This document shows positions 24,801 to 37,601 of a stretch of 64,000 nt of DNA, in pieces. The notes beneath the pieces are model-generated. The model was not told the DNA's origin, ran no database searches, and saw nothing but the letters and a program-made list of their open reading frames with translations. The stretch spans positions 62,001-126,000 of the forward strand of contig NIVC01000748.1 of the NCBI GenBank assembly GCA_002269645.1, in the 5' to 3' direction. This stretch comes from Macrostomum lignano. Its lineage: Eukaryota. Both the position numbers and the translations under genes were made by a program. Numbering within the stretch: the first letter of the stretch is position 1; every line of letters begins with the position of its first letter.

Positions 24801-27800
24801 AGGCAGAGATGGATAGATTAGATAGACAGTAAAAAATAGATTATCCTAAATCTATCAAATCCCTAAAGTAAAGTGACCAAACCACACCTTATTTACCCAT
24901 TGGCAGGAGGAAGTGTACGAATCGACTACCAAATTTCTAATTGACACAGTTACTAATGGTTACAATGCAACCGTGTTTGCGTACGGAGCGACAGGTAATA
25001 TGCTTTTATACAGTATACGCTATTGTCTAATCCAGACTCCTCACGTTGGCAACAGTAAAAGTACACTAAGCTTCCAACTAAGCGAGTACATACCCAGAAG
25101 AATGGTAGAGACACATGCGTTGTAGTTCTGCAGCCAATGCGCTGATTGATTTGTGTAAGAGTAGAGAGAATGCAGTGTAGCATGATGGATGCAGGATAGG
25201 TGAAGGACGGAGCCAGGGCTATAGAGATATAGCGATGAAGTGAATCCGTGATGCTGAGAGATCCTCATCCTGTATGGAATGGAGAGAGCTGAGGAGAGCT
25301 TAGGGCAATTTAGGCCTTAGTTTGTCCCGAGAAATAAAGTACATTTTTTACTCCCTATTCTTACCTAATGTCTAAATATTTCATGATCGTAATATTAACA
25401 TCTTACCGTATCCTTTTCGGATGTTTGATAGTATAGCTTTAAATCAATTAGAATCTATTCTCTATTATCTCATCTATTCTCTAATCTCCATTAGTATCTC
25501 ATCTATTATCCAATCTCCATTAGTATCTCATCTATTCTCCAATCTCCATTAGTATCTCATCTATTCTCCAATCTCCATTATTATCTCATCTATTCTCCAA
25601 TCTCCATTAGTATCTCATCTATTCTCCAATCTCCATTAGTATCTCATCTATTCTCCAATCTCCATTAGTATCTCATCTATTCTCCAATCTCCATTATTAT
25701 CTCATCTATTCTCTAATCTCCATTAGAATCTCATCTATTCTCCAATCTCCATTATTATCTCATCTATTCTCCAATCTCCATTAGTATCTCATCTATTCTC
25801 CAATCTCCATTAGTATCTCATCTATTCTCCAATCTCCATTAGTATCTCATCTATTCTCCTATCTCTATTAGTATCTCATCTATTCTCCAATCTCCATTAG
25901 TATCTCATCTATTCTCCAGTATTTCATCTATTCACCAGTATCTCATTTTTTCTCTATTAGTATCTCATCTATTCTCCAGTATCTCATCTCATCATATCAC
26001 GAATTTGCAGGTGCCGGCAAGACTTACACAATGCTGGGCACAGACCGGGAGCCAGGCATCATGTACCGCACACTGGAGGATCTGTTCAATCAAATGCAGA
26101 AAACCTCAGACGATAGTGTTTATAAGTTCAGCATGTCCTATCTAGAGATCTATAATGAGCAATTAAGAGATTTGCTTAATCCCGCCTCGGGCGTGCTCGA
26201 CATGCGAGAAGACACTCGCGGCGGAGTTCAGGTGGCAGGGCTCAGCGAGATTCAGGCTAATAACACCGGCGAGGTGAGCTGTGTACTTTTGAGTGAAGGT
26301 GGTTAGAGCGTCGGACTTACGACTGAAAGGTCGGGGGTTCGATTCTCGACCCACTCGGAACAATTTGTGTCCTTAAGCAAGACACTTAACTCTGCATTGC
26401 TTCAGTTCACCCAGCTGTAAAATGGGTGCCAGCATTAGCTGGGGTAATTGAGGGTGTGTGTGTGGCGACCCCCCCCCCCCCAGTCCTTGGACTGAACAGC
26501 CGTACGCAGCCTTCAGATGCTTTATAATAATCAACTTTATTTGTAACAAACGTAAATGCAATTGATCATTCTAAATGCCTACTTTTACAGGTTCTGCACC
26601 TGCTCACTCAGGGCAATCTCGCCAGAACTACAGAACCAACCGCTGCCAATGAAACTAGTTCAAGGTCGCATGCTGTGCTGCAGGTAATTTTGTGGAAACT
26701 TCATTTTTTTACAGTTTCAGTAGGGAGCGAAAATATCAGGCAGATTCAGTAGGGAGCGGAGATCAGCCAGATTCAGTAGGCAGCGGAGATCAGGCAGATT
26801 CAGTAGGGAGCGGAGATCAGGCAGATTCAGTAGGGAGCGGAGATCAGGCAGATTCAGTAGGGAGCGGAGATCAGGCAGATTCAGTAGGGAGCGGAGATCA
26901 GCCAGATTCAGTAGGCAGCGGAGATCAGGCAGATTCAGTAGGGAGCGGAGATCAGGCAGATTCAGTAGGGAGCGGAGATCAGGCAGATTCAGTAGGGAGC
27001 GGAGATCAGGCAGATTCAGTAGGGAGCGGAGATCAGCCAGATTCAGTAGGGAGCGGAGATCAGGCAGATTCAGTAGGGAGCGGAGATCAGGCAGATTCAG
27101 TAGGGAGCGGAGATCAGGCAGATTCAGTAGGGAGCGGAGATCAGGCAGATTCAGTAGGGAGCGGAGATCAGGCAGATTCAGTAGGGAGCGGAGATCAGGC
27201 AGATTCAGTAGGGAGCGGAGATCAGGCAGATTCAGTAGGGAGCGGAGATCAGGCAGATTCAGTAGGGAGCGGAGATCAGGCAGATTCAGTAGGGAGCGGA
27301 GATCAGCCAGATTCAGTAGGGAGCGGAGATCAGCCAGATTCAGTAGGCAGCGGAGATCAGGCAGATTCAGTAGGGAGCGGAGATCAGGCAGATTCAGTAG
27401 GGAGCGGAGATCAGGCAGATTCAGTAGGGAGCGGAGATCAGGCAGATTCAGTAGGGAGCGGAGATCAGCCAGATTCAGTAGGGAGCGGAGATCAGGCAGA
27501 TTCAGTAGGGAGCGGAGATCAGGCAGATTCAGTAGGGAGCGGAGATCAGGCAGATTCAGTAGGGAGCGGAGATCAGGCAGATTCAGTAGGGAGCGGAGAT
27601 CAGGCAGATTCAGTAGGGAGCGGAGATCAGGCAGATTCAGTAGGGAGCGGAGATCAGGCAGATTCAGTAGGGAGCGGAGATCAGGCAGATTCAGTAGGGA
27701 GCGGAGATCAGGCAGATTCAGTAGGGAGCGGAGATCAGCCAGATTCAGTAGGGAGCGGAGATCAGCCAGATTCAGTAGGCAGCGGAGATCAGGCAGATTC

Positions 27801-30800
27801 AGTAGGGAGCGGAGATCAGGCAGATTCAGTAGGGAGCGGAGATCAGCCAGATTCAGTAGGCAGCGGAGATCAGGCAGATTCAGTAGGGAGCGGAGATCAG
27901 CCAGATTCAGTAGGGAGCGGAGATCAGCCAGATTCAGTAGGCAGCGGAGATCAGGCAGATTCAGTAGGGAGCGGAGATCAGCCAGATTCTGTAGCAATTA
28001 GACCGGCAACTCAACTATACAGGTAACCGTGCTCAAGCGGTCCCGAGTTCGCGACGTGACAGAGGAGGTCCGCACTGGCAAGCTGTTCCTAATTGACCTG
28101 GCCGGCTCGGAGCGGGCCGCGCACACGCAGAATCGCGGCAAACGAATGCTAGAAGGTGCTCACATCAACCGGTCCCTGCTAGCCCTTGGCAACTGCATCA
28201 ACGCCCTGGCCGACCGGACGGGTCACAGATACGTGAACTTTCGCGACAGCAAGCTGACCAGATTATTAAAAGAGGCCCTTGGCGGTAATTGCAAAACTGT
28301 AATGATTGCCAACATATCGCCTGCTAATTTGCATTTTGAAGACTCAAGAAACACTCTAGTGTACGCCGATCGGGCCAAACAGATTCGTACAAAAGTACGC
28401 CGCAATGTCACCGATGTGAGTCATCATATCGCTCAATACACCGGAGTTATTAACGAATTAAGGCAGGAAATTTTCCGTCTACGCGGACGATTGGAAGGCG
28501 GCGCAAGCACCGGTACGGCTTCTAAAGCTTTGTTTAGCGCTGCGAAACAGAGGCGCGTCTTCAATACCACTAAGGAGCAGATTCTAACCGCTTTTCAAGA
28601 GGTTATGGAGCTGAGGTGAGTTCATCTGTGCTTTGCTTTATTACTGCTGCGTTAGTAGGGATGTCCGGCTTTATACGTATAAAAGCGCCATTAGCAGCTA
28701 GATAAGAGTGCCATAATCATGTAGATAAAAGCGCCATTATTAGGTAGATAAAAGCGCCATTATTAGGTGGATAGAGTGTCATTATTAGGTAGATAAGAGC
28801 ACCACTAGCAGGTAGATAAGAGCACCACTAGCAGTTAGATAAGAGCACCACTAGCAGGTAGATAAGAGCGCCACTAGCAGGTAGATAAGAGCACCACTAA
28901 CAGGTAGATAAGAGCGCCATTAGCAGGTAGATAAGAGCGCCACTAGCAGGTAGATAAGAGCGCCACTAGCAGGTAGATAAGACCACCACTAGCAGGTAGA
29001 TAAGACCACCACTAGCAGGTAGATAAGAGCGCCACTAGCAGGTAGATAAGACCACCACTAGCAGGTAGATAAGAGCGCCACTAGCAGGTAGATAAGAGCG
29101 CCATTATTAGGTAGATAAGAGCGCCATTATTAGGTAGATAAGAGCGCCATTAACGGGTAGCTTAGGGCGCCATCAACAGGTAGATAAGGTAGTTAAGGTA
29201 AGGATTTTTACGAAGTTTAAAATAGCAGTTTTGTACGTATTACTAGAACAATGTTTTATTTACGAGCACTCGTATTTGACCTTCACGTATTTATCAATGC
29301 ACGTGACCTCACCTGAGCAACGTATTATACCAAATAGACTCGTGCCTGTACGACAGCCATGAGTCTGTTCACTTTTCACATTGAAAATTAACGTAATCAA
29401 CTAAGTAGCTGTTTTTTTATCAGATACCTCACGAATCTCGGATTTCTTTGTTGACTGATACTCGTAATTTCAGAAATTGTATTTTTCAAGCATTTTCTAT
29501 GCGTTACGTTACAGAATATTAATAAAATCCTCGTGCACTACTGCTGGGTGTAAGTAATGTAAAACGCATTTTTAACCTTATTAATTTTAATCTACTTGCT
29601 ATTTTCCAGCTATCTAACTGCGAAATACTTCAATAGCTTGTAAATGTGCTAAAGAATTCAAGCTAAAAGTTAGTTTTTCCTGTTTTCATTTTTAGTGTCC
29701 TTTTTTAACTTACTAACATTTGATGAACATTTTTTTGCTTTTTATATTTGCTTTAACTGCTTTTTATTCCATTTTTTATCTTTTTTTAGTCTATTTCTAT
29801 TCCCCTTTGCCCTTCTGTACACAGGTGACCCCCTGTCCATATATTTACACGGTGACCCCCTGATGTCCGTAGTTATTCACGGGTGACCCCCTATCCCTAT
29901 TTGTACACAGGTGACCCCATGTTAATATCTGTACCACAGGTGACCCCCTGCTGTCCAAATCTGTACACAAGTGACCCCCGCTGTCCCTATCTGTACACCC
30001 TCTGCCCCTCTCTGTACGCAGGAGACCCCAACCCACACCAATCCATATTCATCAGGACCAGGTGGTCCATTATTTTAGTTTTCCTATATGCTACTCGTAC
30101 AAAGCAAAACTAACTCTGTAATCCTGCAGTTACCTTTCATTAGCAGTTTTTCATAGCTTATAATTATAAACAATGACAGGCCAGTTACACTCGCACTAAC
30201 CAATCTCTGCCCGCAGGAAGGGCGTCATGTCCTTAGACAACACCCTCGGCGACCTGGCTTTAGAAATCGGTCGGGCAAACTTGCTTATCTCTCAATACGA
30301 AATTGATCGTGTGATTAAGCTGCCCCGTTCGGAGTCGGCCACTTCAGATTCGCCGGGAACAGCGCCAGATACGGAAGCTGCCGCTGCTGCATCATCGGTG
30401 GTCGAAGAGCCAAGCGAAGTGGCGGCAGCTCGGGCCGAACTATCAGTACTGCAGGACGAACGATTGCGAAGCGAGAAAATGCGATTCCAAGCTGTGGTGG
30501 AGATGAAAGCGGCCAGGGATCGGGCTAGGCAGCTAGAGAATAGCGTTCGGGTATGCTAATTTATTTTGTCGCTGTTTTTCTACTTTAAGTAGCGTAAACA
30601 AAATTAAGTGTATGAATTTTATAATTTAAAAATGTCGCCTTCTATGTTCTATACTTATAGTAGAGTAAATAGGAAGATTTAACTTAAACCATTATGTTTT
30701 TGAAAGCATCGACTTAGAACTAAATAAAAAAACTTCACTTTCCACTTGTAAAGAAAATAATAAATAATCTACTTTTAATTGAGTTTAATTGAATAAGTAA

Positions 30801-33800
30801 GACAGAAGAATGGGCGCTAGGCACAAACGGGTATATTTATATCAATAAGCTAGGGAGGGGTAGGGTTGAGTGCAAGATAAGACGAGGAGGGGTAGAGTAC
30901 GCGGTTGAGGAAAGAGGCGAGATTGAACAGCCAATCAGAAGGCAGCGAGGGAGAGAGATAAGAATAATAAGATTGACCTGGACAGAAAGGGGAGAAAACA
31001 GAGAGGAGTGCAGATGAACTTGAGAAATGACTGAATTGGTTGTTTTTTAAATAAACTATTATTACTTACAGTAGCACATTTAGCGAATGTTTAGAAATTG
31101 TTTTTAAAACACTTCTACAGGCAAAGCTGACCAACGAAGAGGAGCGCGAGATTCTCAAACTGCTCAGCCAATTAAATGCGCTAGAAATGGAGAATGCCGA
31201 AGTTCAAGCCGAAGCGTTTCTCAAATCGATGGAGATACGCAAACGGGATTTGCTGCTATCCAGATTCCGATCTCACAGGCAGCTGTGTCATGCTATTATT
31301 AGTAGGCAGAAGCGATTATTAGCTAGCATGGGCGCACGGCTGCCCAAGAGTTTGGCGCGGATGCACGAACTGTACGATAGCGGGCCGGTCGATGAGGATG
31401 ACGCCGTGTTTCAGCGCAGTATGGGAGTCAGCCTCCCGGATCTGGACCAGCTGGAGAGCCACGTTAGTAAATTACAGCCATTGCAAAACCCGTCTTTAAC
31501 CCTGCCACTAACACCCTGAACCCTATCACTAACACCCTGAACCCTACCACTAACACCCTGAACCCTACCACTAACACCCTGAACCCTACCACTAACACCC
31601 TGAACCCTATCACTAACACCCTGAACCCTACCACTAACACCCTGAACCCTACCATTAACAGCCTGAACCCAACCATTAACACCCTGAACCCTACCATTAA
31701 CACCCTGAACCCTACCATTAACACCCTGAACCTACCGTTAACACCCTGAACCCTACCATTAACACCCTGAACCCTACCACTTCAGGCTCGCGTGCTTCAC
31801 CAGCCTCAGCAGCAGCAGCAGCACAGCACCATCGCAACGCCCCAGCAACCATTCGATCGATTGTTTCACCCTCGAACCGCCGCGGTTGCCGCCGCCGCCT
31901 CATCGTCGCCGTCTTCTCAGCAGCCTGCCTTAGCAACAACAGGCAAGCCGCATCATCTGCCGCAGCTCACAGCCTCCAGCCTGGCCTGGCACAACAGCGG
32001 CCAGATGCTAGCTGGCTATCTGTCCGAGGACGATCTGCTGTCCGACAGGCGATCGATTTGGACTGACAATACCTGGCTGTCCAAGAATAATAATAACAAC
32101 AATAGATCCCGTCTGAAGCATCCGGGCTATCAACAGCAGCAGCAGCAGCGCAGAAGGAAGAAGCATCGCAGTTTGGAACCGGCCAGGGTAGACTTGGGTC
32201 TGGGGTTACAGCAGCAGCAGCAACAACAGCAAATTCAATCTTCAACTCGCAATAAAAGTCTAATGATCAAAGAGGAACCCGCTGCGCCTGCGGCACCAGC
32301 CAGCCAGCGTAAGAAACGATTGGTTGGCGTCAATTCGACCAAGGCTAAGCCTGCAGCCGCCAAAGGCGTTCGAGTTCAACAGCATCGAGGGCCTAGAATT
32401 ACTAATGGCGTCAGTGCAACTGGGCCGGGTTCGTTTTTTGAAGCCATTTTGAAACAAATTAACACCGCTATCACCCCAGTTTATTGCCACTATCACCCCA
32501 GTTTATTGCCACTATTACCCCAGTTTATAGTGCCGCTATCACCCCAGTTTATAGTGCCGCTATCACCCCAGTTTATAGTGCCACTATCACCCCAGTTTAT
32601 AGTGCCGCTATCACCCAAGTTTATAGTGCCGCTATCACCCCAGTTTATAGTGCCGCTATCACCCCAGTTTATAGTGCCACTATCACCCCAGTTTATAGTG
32701 CCACTATCACCCCAGTTTATAGTGCCGCTATCACCCCAGTTTATAGTGCCGCTATCACCCCAGTTTATAGTGCCGCTATCACCCCAGTTTATAGTGCCGC
32801 TATCACCCCAGTTTATAGTGCCGCTATCACCCCGGTTTATAGTGCCCCTATCACCCCAGTTTATAGTGCCGCTATCACCCCAGTTTATAGTGCCGCTATC
32901 ACCCCAGTTTATAGTGCCACTATCACCCCAGTTTATTGCCACTATTACCCCAGTTTATAGTGCCGCTATCACCCCAGTTTATAGTGCCACTATCACCCCA
33001 GTTTATAGTGCCGCTATCACCCCAGTTTATAGTGCCGCTATCACCCAAGTTTATAGTGCCGCTATCACCCCAGTTTATAGTGCCGCTATCACCCAAGTTT
33101 ATAGTGCCACTATCACCCCAGTTTATAGTGCCACTATCACCCCAGTTTATTGCCACTATTACCCCAGTTTATTGCCACTATTACCCCAGTTTATAGTGCC
33201 GCTATCACCCCAGTTTATAGTGCCACTATCACCCCAGTTTATAGTGCCGCTATCACCCCAGTTTATAGTGCCGCTATCACCCCAGTTTATAGTGCCGCTA
33301 TCACCCCAGTTTATAGCGCCACTATCACCCCAGTTTATAGTGCCACTATCGCCCGAGTTTAGCGCCACTATCACCCCAGTTTATAGTGCCGCTATCACCC
33401 CAGTTTATAGTGCCGCTATCACCCCAGTTTATAGTGCCGCTATCACCCCAGTTTATAGTGCCGCTATCACCCGAGTTTATAGTGCCACTATCACCCTAGT
33501 TTATAGCGCCACTATCACCCCAGTTTATAGTGCCGCTATCACCCCAGTTTATAGTGCCGCTATCACCCCAGTTTATAGTGCCACTATCACCCCAGTTTAT
33601 AGTGCCGCTATCACCCAAGTTTATAGTGCCGCTATCACCCCAGTTTATAGTGCCGCTATCACCCCAGTTTATAGTGCCACTATCACCCAAGTTTATAGTG
33701 CCACTATCACCCCAGTTTATAGTGCCGCTATCACCCCAGTTTATAGTGCCGCTATCACCCAAGTTTATAGTGCCGCTATCACCCCAGTTTATAGTGCCGC

Positions 33801-35424
33801 TATCACCCCAGTTTATAGTGCCGCTATCACCCCAGTTTATAGTGCCACTATCACCCAAGTTTATAGTGCCACTATCACCCCAGTTTATAGTGCCGCTATC
33901 ACCCCAGTTTATAGTGCCGCTATCACCCGAGTTTATAGTGCCACTATCACCCCAGTTTATAGCGCCGCTATCACCCCAGTTTATAGTGCCGCTATCACCC
34001 AAGTTTATAGTGCCGCTATCACCCCAGTTTATTGCCACTATCACCCCAGTTTATAGTGCCGCTATCACCCAAGTTTATAGTGCCGCTATCACCCCAGTTT
34101 ATTGCCACTATCACCCCAGTTTATAGTGCCGCTATCACCCAAGTTTATAGTGCCGCTATCACCCAAGTTTATAGTGCCACTATCACCCCAGTTTATTGCT
34201 ACTATCACCCCGGTTTATAGTGCCACTATCACCCCAGTTTATAGCGCCACTATCACCCCAGTTTATAGTGCCGCTATCACCCCAGTTTATAGTGCCGCTA
34301 TCACCCCAGTTTATAGTGCCGCTATCACCCAAGTTTATAGTGCCACTATCACCCAAGTTTATTGCCACTATCACCCCAGTTTATAGTTTCACTATTACCT
34401 AGAGGTCGGACGAGCAAAAAATTTTGGTCGGGCGTGAAATTTCGTGAAATTTTTAAAGTCGGGCGTGATCGTGATCGTGATCGTGAATTTATATTTGCAT
34501 ACACGTATTTTGAGCTCGTAAGTTACAAGTGTTGAAAATAACAAAACAAGAAAAGAAATATTTATAAATTGATAATAGCTACTCGGTAATGCTGTCAAGT
34601 CAACAAATTTAAAATTTATTACTCTTTTACACATTTGTCTTCACATATTTTGGTAAACCAAGTAGAAAAGTTATACTTCTAATAAAATGTAATAAAGCGG
34701 AAATTCACGACTGTCGTGAACGGGTTTCAAGGAAATAACAATCGTGAAAAAAATGGTCGTGAATTCACGAAATCGTGATCACGATCGTGATCACGTCCGA
34801 CCCCTACTATTACCCCAGTTTATAGCGTCTCTATCACTCCAGTTTATAGTGCCACTATCACCGCAGTTTATAGCGCCACTATCACCCCAATTTATAGTGC
34901 CCCTATCACCCCAGTTTATTACCACCATCACCGCAGTTTATAGCGCCGCTATCATTCCAGTTTATTGCCACTATCACCCCAGTTTTTATAGTTCCACTAT
35001 CACCCCAGTTTTTATAGTTCCACTATCACCCCATTTTATTGCCACTATCACCCCAGTTTATAGTGCCACTATCACCCGAGTTTTTAGTGCCCCTATCGCT
35101 CAGTAAAAGCAAGCCTGCTACAAACCTGTCATTCCAGACGAGTCGATATCGGCCACAACAGCATCTACCGGTCAGTCCGCACCAAATCTTGATCAGAAAT
35201 CGTCAAAAGGTGTGCTTGTGTGTGCAAGTTTTTTATTTCCTACAAATAGTTATTCGTTTTAAATAATTATTGTTTAATTTGCTTTTTACTCAGGCATCCA
35301 GCCCAACGAATCGATGGCTTTAACTAAAGATTCCAGTCAGGTGCGCGGGCGTCAGCGATCCGAGGGTCGCCTATTGCCGGAAATCGGTGTTGCTGGTCAG
35401 GCAGTTACCCAGCGACCGAGTTAA
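21892..35424 (+). CDS. KIF19: Kinesin-8 family motor KIF19, about 11 exons
   Basis: Exons 21892-21936, 22098-22289, 24907-24994, 26011-26273, 26591-26683, 28023-28615, 30217-30550, 31121-31462, 31786-~32420, ~35105-35209, 35294-~35424 (last three approximate). Motifs DQNLMVCVRIRP, DPDDILRANRSRE, P-loop GATGAGKTYTM, switch I NETSSRSHA, switch II LIDLAGSERA, HIAQYT coiled coil are nearly colinear with vertebrate KIF19. Confidence 0.93.
22305..24800. repeat. 25-bp minisatellite (ATAATCCCCTCAGATCCCATATCAG)n filling KIF19 intron 2, with higher-order structure
   Basis: About 100 units; rare variants recur about 650 bp apart. Confidence 0.95.
25470..25990. repeat. 29-bp minisatellite (ATCTCATCTATTCTCCAATCTCCATTAGT)n in KIF19 intron 3
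   Basis: About 17 units ending about 20 nt before the acceptor. Confidence 0.95.
26297..26545 (+). mobile_element. tRNA-derived CORE-like SINE, family 1, occupying most of KIF19 intron 4
   Basis: A box TGGTTAGAGC, B box GGTTCGATTC, then TGTGTCCTTAAGCAAGACACTTAAC..CAGTTCACCCAGCTGTAAAATGGG resembling the CORE domain. Three more copies in the window. Confidence 0.85.
26715..27990. repeat. 27-bp minisatellite (GCAGATTCAGTAGGGAGCGGAGATCAG)n filling KIF19 intron 5
   Basis: About 47 units located between the switch I exon and the next motor exon. Confidence 0.95.
28690..29185. repeat. 23-bp minisatellite (TAGATAAGAGCGCCACTAGCAGG)n in KIF19 intron 6
   Basis: About 21 units, diverged at both ends. 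Confidence 0.93.
29815..30010. repeat. Degenerate TGTACACAGGTGACCCC repeat in KIF19 intron 6
   Basis: About 6 diverged units. Confidence 0.65.
31490..31780. repeat. 21-bp minisatellite (TAACACCCTGAACCCTACCAC)n in KIF19 intron 8
   Basis: About 14 units ending directly at the TTCAG acceptor. Confidence 0.93.
32460..35100. repeat. 24-bp minisatellite (ATCACCCCAGTTTATAGTGCCGCT)n in KIF19 intron 9, interrupted by a hAT MITE
   Basis: About 80 homogeneous units at 32460-34399 and about 12 diverged units at 34807-35100. Confidence 0.95.
34400..34806. mobile_element. 407-bp hAT-type MITE
   Basis: 13-bp TIR TAGAGGTCGGACG / TAGGGGTCGGACG, exact 8-bp TSD CTATTACC (34392-34399 and 34807-34814), subterminal (CGTGAT)n repeats. 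Confidence 0.9.
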
Positions 35425-35639
35425 TACCCAAGGCTAAGGCTTTATAACTATTCCGTCTGTTTCTCTTGTTAGTTTTTCCTTCAGATCGGCTGCCTTTTTA
35501 AACAGAATGTCATTTGCTGCTTCAATTCTTTTTTGTTGCCTAATTATTTACTCTTCTAGTCTGCTACCGCACCGTCTATGCGTCTGTTTTGTGTATTAGA
35601 TCGGCTGTTTGAATTGGACAAGTCTCATTCTGATTGTTT

Positions 35640-36055
35640 TGGCGCCAATTGACAATTTATTTTGGCGCAAATTGATAATTTTTTGTCGCCAATCGATAAT
35701 TTGCTTTTGGCGCCAATTAATAGTTTATTTAGGCGCCAATTAATAGCATATCTTGGCGCCAATTAATAGTTTATTTTGGCGCCAATTGATAGTGTATTTT
35801 GGCGCCAATAAATAGTTTATTTTGGCGCCAATTGATAGTTTATTTTGGCGCCAATCAATAGTTTATCTTGGCGCCAATTAATAGTTTATTTTGGCGCCAA
35901 TTGAAGTGTATTTTGGCGCCAATCAATAGTTTATTTTGGCGCCAATTGATAGTTTATTTTGGCGCCAATTGATAGTGTATTTTAGCGCCAATTAATCTTT
36001 CTGGCGCTAATTGATAGTTTATTTTTGCGCCAATCGAATTTTTATTTTGGCGCCT
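35640..36055. repeat. 23-bp minisatellite (TTATTTTGGCGCCAATTGATAGT)n downstream of KIF19
   Basis: About 17 units. Confidence 0.93.
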
Positions 36056-36434
36056 AAACACAATTCATTCTATATTATACCGACTGCTGGTATTGCACCA
36101 AAAAAAGCTGATATTTTTTATAACCCAGTGCAATATTCGTTGTTTTTACTTGAACTTCTACTGTGAGTAATGACTTTATGTAGAATTGCAAACTATCACT
36201 GTACATTCTTTTAAGGTATAATCGCTGTAAAGTGTAGATTATGATTTATTAAACGGGATTCTTGAATCTATTGATAGATTTTGACAAGATAGCAGATAAT
36301 GTGTTTGCCCTGTCTATCTAGTCTATTTTTGGATAAAATAAATAAAAGATACACCAGAAAAAATATATCATTGAGATTTTAAACAGATATAAAATTAGAA
36401 GGCTTTTGTTCTTTTTCAAAAAAAAATTAATCAT

Positions 36435-36507
36435 AGCCCCTGGGGAGGATCGAACTCCCGACCCCTGGTTTACGAGACCAGTGCTCTAGCCACTGAGCTA
36501 CAGAGGC
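36435..36507 (-). tRNA. trnT-CGT: tRNA-Thr, anticodon CGT
   Basis: 73-nt cloverleaf GCCTCTG-TA-GCTC-AGTGGCTA-GAGC-A-CTGGT-CTCGTAA-ACCAG-GGGTC-GGGAG-TTCGATC-CTCCC-CAGGGGC-T. All stems pair, and an oligo-T Pol III terminator lies about 8 nt downstream. Confidence 0.95.
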
Positions 36508-37213
36508 GGTCAATCTTACCAGACTGTCTGGCAGTTTAAATTGCTAGTATTGCAACATCTGTTGCCAACCTGGCATTGAGTCTCTTCTAGAAGAGTCCAG
36601 GGCAAATCTCCTCCCCTCCCACACTGTGATTTTGTTTCTGCTTTCATTATAGTTTGGGATTATATAGCTGGCTGGGGGCTCTTTACCCCGATTTCTCATG
36701 ACAGTTTTGTTGCGCAGGCACGAGAGCACAAACAATTAAGATTATCACAATTCAAGCTGAAATAAGAGCGAGGGGGTTAAACTTGTGAAGACGGAAGTTT
36801 AACCCTGGAGCAGAATTGCCCCAGTGCTGGCTGGAGCGTTTTAGATTAGAACGCTTACGAGTACCTTTTGCCATAGACCAGGGGTCCGCAAACTTTTACC
36901 TTAAGGACCAGATATAGAGAACCTAGAGCAGATAAGGGATATAGGGGAATTGAGAGACGAGGGAAGACGCACAATTTTGCGTTCTCGAATCACTCATTTT
37001 CTCGTTTTACTCTGCGCGCTTTGCCATAGACATTGATCGCGTGCAGAACCTGTCAATCCTGCAGGCAGAGTCAAGCGAGAATATTGCAATAACTTGTGGG
37101 ACGATGTCGCTCTAGGGTCCCAGGTAGCTTACAAATATTCCTACTATTATATAGATCAAATTGAGTATAGGAGCAAACAATTTATTCCTTATTGGGAGAA
37201 TCAAGATATTAGA

Positions 37214-37576
37214 GGAGGCCGTAGCCCAGCGGTAGCGCAGCTGCTCTGGTGTGCCAGCGACCCAGGCTCGATTCCAAGTGCAGTCACATTAATTTGGGGC
37301 TGAATTGGAATCTCGGCTTGGGTCTGCTCGTGCAATAAACGGCCTTGAGAGCCAACCCCCCAAGGCGCAGTGAAGTGTACATGCCTAACGATAATATAAA
37401 GTTAGGGCCGCTGTACACTCCTGTGTGAGTGTGTGCCTGCGTACGTATCCGCGCGCTTGCATGCCTGCTCAGGGGAGTCGGCGGAATGGGCAGTAATGCC
37501 TCTCGCTGGTTGTGTGCCCATGTCGCTTAAAGTGCGCCAGGGTGCACACAACCCCCCTGCCTCTAATAAAAAAAAA
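37214..37576 (+). mobile_element. tRNA-headed SINE, family 2, apparently full length with an A-rich tail
   Basis: Head GGCCGTAGCCCAGCGGTAGCG..GGCTCGATTCC. Body shared with 50809-51050 and partly with 46495-46570 (minus). Ends AATAAAAAAAAA. Confidence 0.75.
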
Positions 37577-37601
37577 TCAAGATATTAAAGACTTGCTTTT
37601 T

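Noticed and set aside
26692-28026. 444-aa (DSVGSGDQA)n ORF resembling an adhesive or structural protein
   Set aside because: It lies between two conserved kinesin motor exons with canonical splice sites; it is the 27-bp intronic array read in an open frame, with no ATG start.
31792-34056. 754-aa ORF with IVPLSPQF/ITPVYSAA repeats
   Set aside because: KIF19 exon 9 reading through into a 24-bp (multiple of 3) intronic array.
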